Shown piece after piece: positions 39,530 to 52,759 of a stretch of DNA of 64,000 bases. Source of the DNA: Amoebidium appalachense. Lineage: Eukaryota > Protista > Ichthyosporea. The position numbers and the translations under genes were made by a program. The notes below the pieces were generated by a model that made no database searches, had not been told where the DNA came from, and saw only the letters and a program-made list of their open reading frames with translations. The stretch's first letter is position 1. Each line of letters opens with the position of its first letter. The DNA lies in the NCBI GenBank assembly GCA_963693365.1, contig CAVNZM010000008.1:5170310-5234309 (forward strand). Direction: 5' to 3'.

Positions 39530-42019
39530 ACCAAAACCTCGGGTGTCGGAGGGGAACGGCCCCTCTAATATTAGTCACACGGAGTGTTGTCTTCCCTGCG
39601 GTCTCTTTTTTCTTTTCTTTTTTTTTTTTTTTTTTTTTTTTTATGGCCGTTCCGCAGCGTAATAGTGCCCGGCCACTTACGTAAGCCAGTGGGTACATAA
39701 CCTTGGAGACTGAACGGCCCTTGGGACGGTGCGAGCAAGTATCGTGAGTCCTCAGGCTCATGTGCCACTACGTCATGTGTGTGTCTGTCCACCACAGTTA
39801 AGCCGCCTTATAACGTGGCAGCCGGTGAGCGTGTCTGTGATTGTGTGCGTGCATGCGTGTGACTGCATGTGCTTGTGTGTCACCATTCGCACGTGTCACA
39901 GCGTGTGTGCGTGTCGCAGCGTGTGCGTGCGTACATGTGTGGGACGTGAGTGGGTGCGTAGGTGCGTGTGTGGGTGCGCGCGTGCGTGTGGCCATGGATG
40001 GGCATGTGTGTGTACGCGTGTGTGCGCGAGGCACAGTGTTCTTACTGATTCCAACGCGATGTCCTAGTCGTGGCTGACTTCAAAATATAAAAAAGCATGT
40101 GCACTTGACGTGGGAACGTGCTCAAAAGAAGCCGTGCCGCTAACTAATCATTGAAAAAGGGGCAGGAAGGGGAGGGGGGGGGGGGGGGGGGGGGGGAGGA
40201 GGTGGGGGGGGGGGGGGGGGAGGGGGGAGGGGGGATGGAGTGAGGCACCGACATTACACTATTTAGGATGCTATCTATGTGATCAGCTAAGCTAAACCAT
40301 CTTTCACAAACCTAACTATGAGGACACAGTTTGCCCAGGGTTACTACCCCAGCCACGCCGATAGGGCTATTCATTAAGTGATTGAGCAACATGTAAATGC
40401 CCTCACCGTGTGAGGCTTCTCAGTGGACAAAGAGAAGGAGTCGGGATTGGGGGTTGTTGGGGGGGGGGGGGGGGAGGGTCAAGCCTAGTGTGAGGATGTA
40501 CTACCTCACATTTTCAGACTGATTTAGAAGATACATATTCAGTTTTTGTTGGCTTTGGGGTTTAATGTATATATGACGGTATCCATGGGGGCCGCTACGT
40601 GATATAAGGGTGTCAATAATTCCGTCAAAAATTAGCTTTTTGTGGGTGACATCCTCCCTGAGTGGGGTGGTCCCTCCCCCCTCGTCCCCCTCCCCCCGTG
40701 ACCAGCACTACTCCCCCCCCCCCCCCCCCCCCCCCCCCAAAGTTCCCCCCCTGTGCAAGCTCGAGGGCCGGGGGAGGGGGGGCATGCACCTGCTCGTGGG
40801 TAGTGCCCCTGCTGCCCCCCCCCCCCCCCCCCCTCCCCCCCCCGCCCCCCCCCCCCCCCCCCCCCCCCCTCCTCTCCCCCCCCGTTCCCCCCCCCCAAAA
40901 AAAGGAGGAAGGCCCTACCCCCACCCCTTCCACTAATCCTCTTCCAGTGTCAAACTTTGATTTAAAATAGCCTTCATATTTCGGGTGTTTGCTCCTCCTG
41001 TAAATGAAGCCGGGCCGCAGATATATGCTCACATGAGCCCCCGCTAGGCCCAGGGGATATGGATCCCGGGTGGGCCTAGCCCAAGCAAATAATTGCACTA
41101 CCAATTAACTTATGATATTAAGCCAATTATATTTCGAACACTCATTTCGACTGCTGACGCGCAGTGGCCGTGGGAGTGTGCTCCCAAACGCATACACACA
41201 ACCATATATGGTAACTGTCGCCAAGGATTCACTGGCCATGATTGCTCTGTGCGGCCATTAGCGCCTGATTCCTCGCGCTGCATGGCCAGATTGCATGGGG
41301 ATGGTGGCATTACTGGCATACACAGTGCACACGTGGTGCCCTCAGGGTCTTTCCGTTTCTAAAAGGACTTCTTGAGTACGCAAGCAGTATCGGTTAATTC
41401 GTTGTTTTTTTGTTAAACTAATTAAGTGGAAAATCGAGAGAGGTGATTGGTTAGATTTTAACGTGCTTATCAGAACGAACCGCGAACTCCGCTGAGCCTC
41501 CTCATCATTTGCTTAAACTTAGTGCAACTAAAGACACCGCTTACCAATCACCGATCTGCAATCACTTAACAATGGGCTAACTTTAAAACAGATCAATCAA
41601 ATGATACTATTTGCCAAACCCAAATATTTCGAGACACGGAAAGACCCCAAGCGCCTCATTGGTCGGCCTGCTTGGCCCTGATTGCATTGGGTGGGTGGGT
41701 GGGTGGGTGGGTGGGGGGGGGGGGGGAGGAAGGGGGGAGGGGAGAGAGGTGGGTGGGGGGAAGGGGGGGAGGGGTTGTGGCACGTCAGTGCACCTATTAA
41801 TGATGACAGAAAAAGTGGTTACTTGCTTTGTGCTGCGGTTCATGCCCCGCCCAACCACCTCTTTTCCAACCGTGGCAGGCCACCCAGGGACGCACACTGC
41901 CCAAACACAGCTACAGTGACAGGGTTTGAAATGCACTCGTTATATCTTGCGGGGTACCTGCCCCAAGATGAATCATGATCACGTCATTCATATATATAAA
42001 ATGGCAAATAGCAAAGCAG

Positions 42020-42063
<44 letters not shown>

Positions 42064-42284
42064 CCCTCTCTTTCTTTCTGCCATGTAAAACCACCCTGAT
42101 ATATATACCGGCCCGTTAGCCACGTACATCAATTTGCAGGCTGGGTTCTTGCCAGAGAAAAAAACTCAGCGCACTAAATGGTGTGCACAGAACACTCTCC
42201 TGGGGCATGGGGCTCAGTTGCCACCTCCCCTGCAAAAAGCCAAAATCCTCCCCCGGTGCCGCCAATAGGGCTGGGTTTGCTAAG

Positions 42285-42553
42285 TTATTTCTTCTGGCGC
42301 TTTGAAGGTTTTGGCTGAAGGGCATATTTGGCCTCTAGGCCTGCAAAAAGACGGCCCAGGCCCGCCTCCCTCTTTTTCTGGTTGCTGAGAATCAGCGCCC
42401 TCAAAGAATCATTCTGCAACTACGCGTCAGCACATGCATCCCCCCATGTAGCATGTACACATAACCAGCGCCCCCCCCCCCCCCCCCCCCCCCCCCCCCC
42501 ACACACACACGCTATAGCACGTGCACACACCTAGACCCCCCCCCCCCCCCCTC

Positions 42554-42587
<34 letters not shown>

Positions 42588-43976
42588 ATTCAGCACATGC
42601 ACGCAAACAGCCCATTGCAACATGGCACACACGCCCAAACTCAAACCTAACAGGAAACAACCCTTCAACTACGTACCAATAAAGTTTCGAACACCCACAC
42701 CCACATACATGCACCCATACCCACGCTCACACATAAACACATCCACACCCACATAAATACACCCAGCCACCCACAAAAACACCCATTCACTGCCACGTAA
42801 CCCACACCTACACGGTCACCCACATAGGTGCACCCACACCCACATCAACCCATCCATCCAATGGCCCACAAATACACCTGCTCACAAAGATACCCACACA
42901 CCCACACGCATATACCTCCCCCCCCCCCCCCCCCCCCCCCTCCCTCCCCCCCCTCTTCCTCAGCCCCCCCTCCCGGGGCCAAACATATTCACTCAGCACC
43001 GTTACTATGATCATCCCTACCCTCTCACAGCCGGCCCACACCCGTCCCCACAAGAGAAAGTCACAACTCCCATTCATCAGTTCATCCCCTCCTTTTGCCC
43101 ACATCCACACACACAAACCTCCCCTCCCTCCCCCCCCCCCCCCCCCAAAAAAAAAAAAAAAAAAACACCGCGTGATCCTACCCCCCCCCCCCCCCCCCTC
43201 CCCCCTCTCCCCCTTGCCCAAAGCACACACACCCAGACAGTATAAGCACACTGCCCTCCACACACACAAAGAGCCACATACAACAGTATCCCCCCCCCCC
43301 CCCCCCCCCCCAATTCCTACCCCCAAAACATCCACATACCCCCCCCCCCCCCCCCCCCCTCCCCCTTCCCCCAACACAAGCACACCAGTTAAATATCCTC
43401 CCGCCCTCCCCCTCCCCCCCCCCCCCCCCCCCCCAAACACACAAGCACCCGTAAAATACCTCCCCCTACTCCAACACTCGCACATATCCCCCCCCCCCCC
43501 TCCCCCGCCCCTTCCTCCTCCCCCCCCCCCTCCCCCCCTCTCCTCTCCCCCCGCCCCCCCAACCTGCAACCCCAAGCACACACACAAATCCCCACATACC
43601 CCCCCCCCCCCCCCCCTCTCCCCCCCACCTGCTCGTCTGCCTCCCCCTCTATGTTGATGCCCAGTTCTCTGGCCGCCTTCTCCGCCTCCTTGGCTTCAGA
43701 CTCCGCCTGCATCCCCAAAAAGTCAGCAACACCTCCCCCCCTCCCCCCCCCCTCCCCCCTCTCCGCCCTAACCGCCCTTCCCCCCCATCCCCTCCCTCTA
43801 TCCGCACCCCCCCGTCCTCCCCTCCCCTCCCTCTCCCCCCCCACCCACAAGGATATGGGGGCATACGGTACCTTCTTGCGCCGCTTCTCTCTTGCTGCCA
43901 GCTTCTCCTTAGTAAATGCCTTTTTTGGCTTCAACTCCCCCTTGTCCAAACACTCCTGCATGCCCAGTCAGCATCC

Positions 43977-44010
<34 letters not shown>

Positions 44011-44684
44011 CCCCCCGCGCCGCGCCGCCCTCTCTGCCCCCTGTCCCCCCAGCCACGTGCCTGCAGGATGGCGCGCAGTCGTGGCTCATCCTCTGCCTCG
44101 GCACACATCACGTGCTCCAATATCGCACCCATGTCCCCTGCCCATCCCGTCAGAACCTTTATTCCTTCAAATACCACCCAGCATGCACCAGCCCACCGTT
44201 TTGGTGGTTGTATGCCTGCCCAGGACTCTCTTCTACCTTTCCCGAATGCAAACTGAGCTAAAATCTCATAACGATTAACCATGATTTCAAAAACAAAGAC
44301 TAACTTTGTGGCCCCTTTGAAGCTCAAGTTGATTTGGTCATGTTGTTTGATAGGACCACAAGAGCTGGTTGCCCTCTGAGTGAAAAACTTAACTTAAGGA
44401 GATAAATAAATAAACCTTCATTGGTTTGGTCACTCTGCAGGACTGAAAACTGCAGAAAACAGAGTTTGTATTCCCATGGGAGACAATATTTATTTAAAAC
44501 CAACCACCGGCACCCACCGTTATGGTCGTTGTATGCCTGCATGAGGTCCTTCTTTTCATCCTCCGAGTTCTGGTACTTCTTCTTGAAATCCTTGATGTTC
44601 TGCACCGTCACGTTCTTGAAGAGCAGCCGCCAGTAGGCGGCCCAGTCCCGCTCCTGTGGGGGTGGATGTTGTGTGTGTGTGTTT

Positions 44685-44774
<90 letters not shown>

Positions 44775-45480
44775 AGTTGTATTTTCGGTTGCCTTATACA
44801 TGCATGCGTGGGTGCATGCGTGCATATGTGTGTGTGTGTGTGTGTGTGCGTATGGGCGGGCGTGCAGGCGTGCTCAACAGTCTAAGGGTGTAGCCAAGTT
44901 GTGTCATGCAATTTTCTGCAAGTTTTTGCGCCCTCCTTACCTGCTGCAGGTCGTCATCCCCCGTGTCCCCTGTCTCGTCATAGACCTTTCTCCTCTCATC
45001 ATCACCCAACACCCCATAGACCTTGCCCAGCAGCTGGAACCGCAGTGTGGCCTGCACACACTCACACACACACGTTAGCCTGTGTTGCCCTATACACAGA
45101 TAAAATCTTAGAGCTCCGCAAGACTGCAAGGCAAATAAAAGTGTGTAAACCCCCCAAGAACCAACAACGAAACAAATCAACAGCCCCCCTTCCCCTACCT
45201 CCCCTCCCTTTTCCACTCCCATCCTCCCTTGCCCCCTCCCCCCCCCCCCCCCCCCCCTTCCCCCAACCACTCCCTCCCTTCCCATACCCACCCCCTCTCC
45301 CCTTCCCGGGGCAGGCACCTGTTCCTTCTCCTCTTCCTTGACACGGTCAGGGTGCAGTTTTAGCGAGGCCTTGTAGTAAGCCGTCTTGACCTGCCCGGCC
45401 GTTGCCCCCTTCTCCGCGCCCAGCACCTTGTACAGGTCGCTGCTGCCAAACACGGCCTCAAGCTCACTGGCTAGTCCCAT
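42285..45480 (-). CDS. DNAJC9: DnaJ homolog subfamily C member 9 (histone H3-H4 co-chaperone), about 7 exons
   Basis: J-domain (DLYKVLG...SLKLHPDRV...FQLLGKVYGVLGDDERRKVYDETG), then DWAAYWRLLF...KKKYQNSEDEKKDL, EDEPRLRAILQ, AFTKE...RRKKAESEAKEAE and a final exon SLRALILSNQKKRE...LEAKYA, the DNAJC9 signature. Confidence 0.92.
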
Positions 45481-45827
45481 GGTTCCTCGTTCAACGCACT
45501 TTCTGGCTAAAATAATTATATAACACTATGCCTACAACCCCGCCACTACTATCCTAGAATTTTATCAGGTTGTGTACTCACGGCGTGCCGGTGAGAGTAA
45601 AGAGAGTGTGGAGAGAGAAGAACAAGAGTTCGGTTAAAAAAAAATCTGCAAGCTAGGCTCCGAAACTGCTCCGTCCCGCCCATAATTACGTCATCGGCCA
45701 TTTTGGAGGGAAGACACACTATTGGCTCACTACGCACCATCTCTGTTATCTTCATCTCCATTCATCTGCAGACTGCTTGTTTGTGTGTGTGTGCGCGCGC
45801 GTGTGGATGTGTGTGTGTGCGTGTGGA

Positions 45828-45970
<143 letters not shown>

Positions 45971-47313
45971 AGTGTGCGTGTGTGCGTGTGTGTTGGCGGG
46001 TTTCCTGCGAGGGGGAGGGGGGGGGGGGGGGGGTGACAAGGGAAGGTGGGTTTGCGACAGTACGGCTAAGGAGCTTCCAAGACGTTCAAGCTGGGACTCC
46101 GGAGGAAGAGGATGTGAGAGGTGTGAAGTTCGACGAAGGTGAAAGTTGCTGATCCCTTCCTGCAAATCACACTAGAATCTCTCACGCCTGTTTAGTCCTA
46201 CTAATTAAAGGTGCAAAGGGCTATCGTACAAGTGCGAACGGGCCGATGCAACATAGGAATTAATCGTAAGCGTAGGGACAAGCAGGCTGAAGTTGGCAAC
46301 ACAGCCGGTAGAGTGCTGTCGTGCAGGAACTAAGTTTGCAACGGTGATTGTGGAGCAGCTCAGACATGTTTATAGTGAACACAAAACATGATGGTTCGTG
46401 CAACAGCCTACTCTCCCCCCCCTTCCCCTTTCACCCACCGAGGCTCCCCGCCCCTCCTCCCCCCCTCCCCCCACCCCCTCCTTCGCGCTCCCCCCCCCCC
46501 CAGCTCTTTCCCCGGCTGCTGCCGCAGTCGCCTTAGTGAGGCTGAAAGCCACTTGCCATACAAGGAGCCAAACGCGCGCATGTGCCCGGCACGAGTACCT
46601 TGAACCAAGCCATGGTATTAAGATACAGGGAGATGGCCATTTTATGCAACTGCATCTTTCAAAATGCCGGGGAAATCCAACTTTATGCATGTTACATGCA
46701 AAACAACTCCGGTCGCTGGTTAGTACAGGAGATGGCGTGCCAGAGCGTGAACATCCTATAGTAGCACCTGACTATACATTTCCACACTTACCTTTCATTG
46801 AGCTTTCACGAAAAAAACAGAAAACGAAGTGTATGTGTACGTCTTCAGATAATACCATCGGGGTTTGCTGGTTCCAGGCCCGAGCACCATGTCATGAGTC
46901 CGGAGTCGGGCTGAATGTGGCGCCCATCTAGTCACTCGGTTCTCCGTATATAAAGATTAGAAAAGGAAGCCACTGACAGAGGATTTAGGAGGGAGATGGC
47001 GGTGGTGGTAGTTTTCGGGGAATGGGGTTTTCATAAAGGACTTGATTTATTTTCATTCGCAAAACGGAAGCTTTAGTTTCTGAAAAACGATTCAGCCATC
47101 TGGGACCTGCTCTAACTCGGCTCTCTAACTTAATTCTACGTGTCGTATCACAATCACTAAGTTTTCGCAAACATAAGCCAATCAGGTAGGGCACCCGCGC
47201 CCAAAACTAAATATATAACCTAAGCTAATGTTAGAACTCAGCCTGACCCTTCAACTATACATCTAGCCCCTTACAGCACACGAACCAGCAGTGTGCACAT
47301 ACTTGCATTACAT

Positions 47314-49302
47314 CTACGGCTCACATGGCAATCTAGTGTTTCCAATGCCCAACATCATCCTCGTTTCCTTATCCAGAACCCCGTATGAACCCAGTGCACT
47401 GCATTCAAGCTGCACCGCCGCCTCCACAACAAGATCAGTTCCCACACCGACCATCTTAGCCCCCCTTAACCTTGCCTGGGCGGTGGCCAGAACATGCACA
47501 GCCGTAGTCTCTACCCGGCTCACATCGGCCGCCTCCTGCACGGCCAGTGCTCTCTGCCTCGCCGTGGGCCGCGCCGGCTCCTCAGCATCCCGCCGTGCCC
47601 GGGGGGGCTGGTACCATGCCACCTTTGTGGGACACTTTGCAAGCACGCCGGTCCATGCCGATGATGACTGCATGCGGTCTGCGCTGTACGTGTAGCCCAG
47701 CCTGGCAATGTCGTTGACCTGCCGAAGCGTGCTGGCTGGGGTCAGTTCGTGTAGGGGGGTGTCAAAGCCATGCGGCACCTCAACAACATTCTGCTCGTAG
47801 ATGGCGGTTGGTGGCGTTACCCCCGGGGTGATGGGCACGGTGGCGGTGTTGTGGCATTGCTGCCACGTGGCCCACAACTTGTCGACCATGGAGTGATGAA
47901 GGAAAAACAAAGGGTCGTTGGGCGCAAATGCAACATCGGCCATGGTGCCTCCTGCCCTGTTGTGCACCAGACTGTGCCAGCCCTTGAGCATGTCGCTAAA
48001 CTCCCAGAACCCTTTGCGGTTGAGGATCTCCCCCGCAACCTCCACCGGGCCGGGGGGCCGCCAACCGCGTTCACTCTTGAAGGGTCGGGTGACGCATGCA
48101 GCGGCTGTTGTTTTGCTCTTGTAGCGCCACTTGCCGATGAATGTGTCCAGAATGCACGTGGCACCCGTGCCGCCCAGGTCCTGCACGACGGTGATGTAAG
48201 GTACCTGTGATGGGTCGGGCTTGACATCCAGCGTCCAGTCCCAGTATGGGAGCGTCAAGCAGCGGAACTGGGGACCTAGGTTGCGCATGGTATTCTCGAC
48301 GATTACAAGGAAATGGCGGTGCCAGGCGAGGAAAGCGTTTGTCTGGTGGCCAAAAACCATAATGCTGTCCAAAGAGTGATTCGCTATCAACCCCTGAAGC
48401 TGGTTGCGTTTCACAAGCTCCCTGAAGGCATCCAGGTATAGCTTTTTCTCATCTGCAGTCTGCTCGCGCCATTCCTTGCGTACCCGGCGACCCTTGCTGT
48501 CGACATTAGTGCACGTACTTGGCGCAGGCGGTGCTGTTGGCTTTGGCGTCGTGCTCGTGGTGGTAGACGTTGTCTTAAATGATGTTGTGGTTTTGCTGGG
48601 AGTAGTTGTAGTTGTGGGTTGTGTGGATGTGCGTGTTGTTGTGGTTTGGGTGGTGGTAGTGGTTGTGGTGGATGGAGTGGTGGTAGTGGTAGGCGCTGCT
48701 GTTGTAATCGGTGATGCTGTGTACGTGATTGTGCTGGTTACCGGCGTGGTTGGGATTGGGAGGGTGGTAGTGTTGAGGCTCCGTATGCTGGCTGCCGTCT
48801 CAACATCCGCACACCCAGTTGCGCCGTAGGCCTGACCGTTCGAGCAGACACACAGGTAGCTGCCGATGGTGTTTAAACAGCGTGCCTGTGCACCCAAGCA
48901 GGGCTGCTGCAAAACACACTCGTTGACGTCCTTGCATCTCGCACGGAACCATACAAACCCCGTCCTACACACGCGCACGGCGGTGTTGTTTCGCAGGCAG
49001 CGCACGCCGTCGCCCACATAACCGGCGTTGCACGTGCACGTGTAGCTACCCACGGTGTTTGTGCATGTTGCAGAACTACTGCAGGCATTAGGCCCCGCAC
49101 ACTCGTCCATGTCCACACATGCCGCCTCCCTCTCCTCATACGTCCACCCCTCGCCGCACTCCGGCACCAACTCCCCCTCGACAACTTGCAAGCCCTCATT
49201 CTCCCCTTCCAAAACGTCAACAATGCCTGCGTCCTGCTCAACCCTCTGCGCACATGCGCCGGACAGCAGCGCGGCCAGTAGCGACCAACAGAGAGGTTTC
49301 AT
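47314..49302 (-). CDS. Secreted tyrosinase (type-3 copper) with N-terminal calcium-binding EGF domains and a Thr-rich linker; intronless
   Basis: Signal peptide MKPLCWSLLAALLSGACA; two cbEGF modules (DMDEC...CTNTVGSYTCTC and DVNEC...CLNTIGSYLCVC); Thr/Pro stalk; RVRKEWR; CuA (NH...GH...FLAWHRHFL); LPYWDW; CuB (WHSLVH...GGTM...APNDPLFFLHHSMVDKLW). Confidence 0.93.
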   Translation of the reverse strand: MKPLCWSLLAALLSGACAQRVEQDAGIVDVLEGENEGLQVVEGELVPECGEGWTYEEREAACVDMDECAGPNACSSSATCTNTVGSYTCTCNAGYVGDGVRCLRNNTAVRVCRTGFVWFRARCKDVNECVLQQPCLGAQARCLNTIGSYLCVCSNGQAYGATGCADVETAASIRSLNTTTLPIPTTPVTSTITYTASPITTAAPTTTTTPSTTTTTTTQTTTTRTSTQPTTTTTPSKTTTSFKTTSTTTSTTPKPTAPPAPSTCTNVDSKGRRVRKEWREQTADEKKLYLDAFRELVKRNQLQGLIANHSLDSIMVFGHQTNAFLAWHRHFLVIVENTMRNLGPQFRCLTLPYWDWTLDVKPDPSQVPYITVVQDLGGTGATCILDTFIGKWRYKSKTTAAACVTRPFKSERGWRPPGPVEVAGEILNRKGFWEFSDMLKGWHSLVHNRAGGTMADVAFAPNDPLFFLHHSMVDKLWATWQQCHNTATVPITPGVTPPTAIYEQNVVEVPHGFDTPLHELTPASTLRQVNDIARLGYTYSADRMQSSSAWTGVLAKCPTKVAWYQPPRARRDAEEPARPTARQRALAVQEAADVSRVETTAVHVLATAQARLRGAKMVGVGTDLVVEAAVQLECSALGSYGVLDKETRMMLGIGNTRLPCEP

Positions 49303-49606
49303 GTTTGCTTGGAACCCAGACGAGTGGGTTTGTCGTGCCACTAAACTATAAATATATATGTTTGTAAACACAAGTGTATGTGGGCACTGTGGGCCGTTCA
49401 ACTGAGTTTGCACAAGTGCGTGACGGTGACTGCGTCACTGCAGTGAATCAGAGTTAAGATGCTTGTTGATTGGACGACCGCACCGGTCTCGTATGGAAAA
49501 CGATGCCGTGACATCCAATCACAATGCGTGGAGATTCTGGAATTTGGTGTGAAGCCCAAAGGTGATTGGTTTCCAACGCCTCTTCGAACCTTCGAGTCAC
49601 GATGAT

Positions 49607-51410
49607 CAGGGTTCGAAGGACGGTGGAGCCCAATAACGGAAGTCGAAATCCCGTATCGGAAAACTTCTTCGAAAAAAGGAATGCTCCGTCGGAGCAGGCC
49701 CACCAAAAATCGTAATCGTCGCGCATCGTAAACTAGGGCATGCTTATTCGTGTATATTGCATCAAAATGTAATTATAATGCATACTCAAAAGCCCCTGTG
49801 GTTATTAGAGGCCTTCCTGATGTTGGCAGTTGAAGCTTTGAAGGAATAAAAGGGAAATATGAAGTGCATTACTGCACAATATATATATACACTTTGTCTA
49901 CGTATACATACGTACGGTCACGTCCTCTTACACATATGTGCGGCAGTGCCAGTGTATATGAGGATATGATACTATGTGTGCATATATATCTAGTTCCTGT
50001 GTGTGTCACTGTGTCCGTGGCCTTATTTTTTCCCAGTGCACGCATTTTCTTTTAATTGAAGCTCGAAGAACACGTAGTTTGGTCGCAATACCACGGACGG
50101 AACGGAGAGGGGTGCCAACCTTATGACGTTTTGCAAGGCTACCATTTGCCAAAACAAAGTAGTGTACAAAGAACACCCGATGCACATACCTCCCATGCAA
50201 AAGATGCAGGATGTTTACTCGGTTGTCTCGGATCACATGTACAAATAGTATTACGTGCAAGCACTCATTGATAACTTGCAAAACCGATTCCCCTCGGACG
50301 AGTGCACTGAGGCAATGGACGTGTTTGTTCCATCGAAGTTCCCCATTACCAAAAGCAGTCTCGAAGCATACGGAAACGACAAGATTAGAGTGCTCGCTGA
50401 GTTCTATGGGTCTGTTAAAACAGTGGGCGGAACGAATCATATACCCCCACTTGCCGCCGAAGATGTGATAGATCAGTGGCCACGTGCCAAACAAATTATC
50501 TTTGAGCACCGGCATCTCCTTGAGGTTAAAGTAGAAAATGTACCTGTTGGATATAGGTCTCTGAACGAGGCATTGGCCGATCTCTGTAAGATAGAAACTT
50601 TGCAATCATATTGTGCTGCTGTACTTGAGTTGGTTAACATTGTGAGAATAATCCCAATTAGTAATGCAACAAGTGAACGTGGCTTCTCTGGTGTGAATAT
50701 CATTAAGACTTCTCTCAAAGCACGTATGACAACACAGACAGTGCACAATCAGCTCATGATAGCCATGAATGGGCCGGATATAGAGGCAGATGTGAAGCAC
50801 GTGAAAGCTGAGCTTAAGTTTCAGAAAGAAATGGCTAAGAAATTAGTTAAAGAGGGCAAACTGAAAGGGTTGACTGTAGAAGGGGCCAAGGAGCAGCTGG
50901 AAAAGGCCCAGGTGGCCGAGGCAGCAGCCCAAAAGAAGGCTCTGGCAGATTTCCTGGCTTTTGACTGGAACAGGGTGCACAATGTGTATATTGCCAAACC
51001 TTTCAAATAAATTGGATCTCTGACAACATACCAGCACCTAGTAACCGTCAAGTAGTGTCCCTTGTTTTTATTTAAAAAATTCTGGGGGAGGGGGGGGATG
51101 GAGGGAGGGAGGGAGGGGGGGGGGGGGGGGGGGAGGGTGAGTTGAGGCAGCAACATGGGAAGCTCAGGCAGAAATCGGGGGGAGAGGGGGGGGGGGGGGG
51201 GAGAAAATCACGTTGGGTGGTTGTGTTTGTGTTTGTGTGTGTGTGTATTTTTCTTTGCAATTGTGTGTGTGTGTGTGTGGTGGGTATGTATGCACGGTGT
51301 GTGTGTCTGTGTGTATGTGTACAGGTGTGGGTGTGCGTATTTGTGTCAGCGGTAATCGGTGTGTGTGTGTCTATGTTGTGTGCATGTGTGCACATGTGCA
51401 CGTGTGTGTG

Positions 51411-51445
<35 letters not shown>

Positions 51446-51744
51446 TGTGTGTGTGTGTGTGCATGACATTGTGTGCATGTGTGTGTGTGTTTTGTGTCAA
51501 CGGTTATGGTGTGTGTGTACGGTATGTACAGTGTGTGTATGTATGTGTGTGTGTGTGCAGTGTGGTGTGTATGTATGCAGGGTGTGTGTGTCTGTGTATG
51601 TGTGTGTACATGCCAGTGTGGGTGTGTGTGTTTGTACCAACGGGTTCTTGTGTGTGTGTGTGTGTGTTTGCGTGTGTGTGTGTGTGTGCCACGGGGGTGT
51701 GTGTGCGTGCGCCTGTACATGGTGTGTGTGTGCAGTGTAAGTGT

Positions 51745-51801
<57 letters not shown>

Positions 51802-52621
51802 CATAGCATGTACATGTGATTCTACAGGGTGGATGCATGTGCACGTTTGTAATACAGTTATCATGATCTGAGATAGTATGTGCCTGTGCACGTGTACTAG
51901 CCTAGGTCACATGTGTGGTGTCACGGCTGTGTATGTATGTGCATGTGTGTCTTTGAACGGAACACAGTGGTGCACAGTGTGTGTATTGCCTGCCATCTAA
52001 GACGCGTGCCACTGATCATGATACACGTGGCACCTGCACCTGGTGGCCGTCGACTCTGAGCACCTAGATCCATTCCATGTTTAGGCCTTCCTGGGGGGGA
52101 AGGGGGGGGGGGGGGGAGTACTAGTGGGGGGGGGGGGGGGGGGAGATCCGCCTGAGAGGGGGGGGGGGGGAGGGATGAAAGGCCGGAGCGTCGGTGGGGG
52201 AGAAGGAGGGGCAGCACTGGTGGAGGGAACGGTGGGCAGCGGAGGAGGGGGGAATGGGGTTCGATTTCTGGGGGGGGGGAAGTTTTGAAGTGGAGGCCGG
52301 CCTATATATACATGCGCAGGCATATGCATTGTATGTTCATGTGGCCATGCATGGCTATGATGCATATGTGGTGTCACGGCTGTGTGTGTGTGAATGTGTG
52401 TGTGTGTGTCTGTGTGTGTGTGTGTGTGTGCGCGCGACGCCGTGGGTGTGTGCAAAAATGTGTTTGGTGTGACAACATGTGCTAGGCTGGCGCTGTAGTC
52501 AGGGTTTGCCATTGAACATTCTACAGGGACAGGGAGACACGTACGTACGTGTGCAGCTTGTGTGGGTGGTGTATGCCCCGTGTATGATGAGACCTGCGAA
52601 GTCATGAGAAGCTTCCCCCCG

Positions 52622-52667
<46 letters not shown>

Positions 52668-52759
52668 CTCTCGGGCGTTCCAATTCGGCCGGGACGATTT
52701 TCGGAACTGTGTTTTCAAATATCGGAAATTCCGATTTTTTTCGTAACTTCGAACCCTGG
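49607..52759 (+). mobile_element. hAT DNA transposon, internally deleted (~3.15 kb)
   Basis: TIRs CAGGGTTCGAAG (49607) and CTTCGAACCCTG (52747-52758). 8-bp TSD ACGATGAT at 49599-49606 and 52760-52767, with one extra G at the right end. Subterminal TCGGAA/TTCGA motifs. Carries a transposase remnant. Confidence 0.85.
50087..51010 (+). pseudogene. hAT transposase C-terminal fragment (dimerisation domain, ZNF862-like)
   Basis: LIDNLQNRFP and IIPISNATSERGFSGVNIIKTSLKARMT...LMIAMNGP match the hAT C-terminal dimerisation domain. In-frame TAG at ~50246; the N-terminal part is missing. Confidence 0.85.

Noticed and set aside
41040-41085. Hairpin GCTAGGCCCA...TGGGCCTAGC as an ncRNA or terminator
   Set aside because: Isolated 10-bp stem with no supporting context.
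49303-49413. N-terminal 37 aa of the 699-aa tyrosinase ORF
   Set aside because: It begins at a non-ATG codon; the ATG at 49302 directly precedes a signal peptide and is the likely start.
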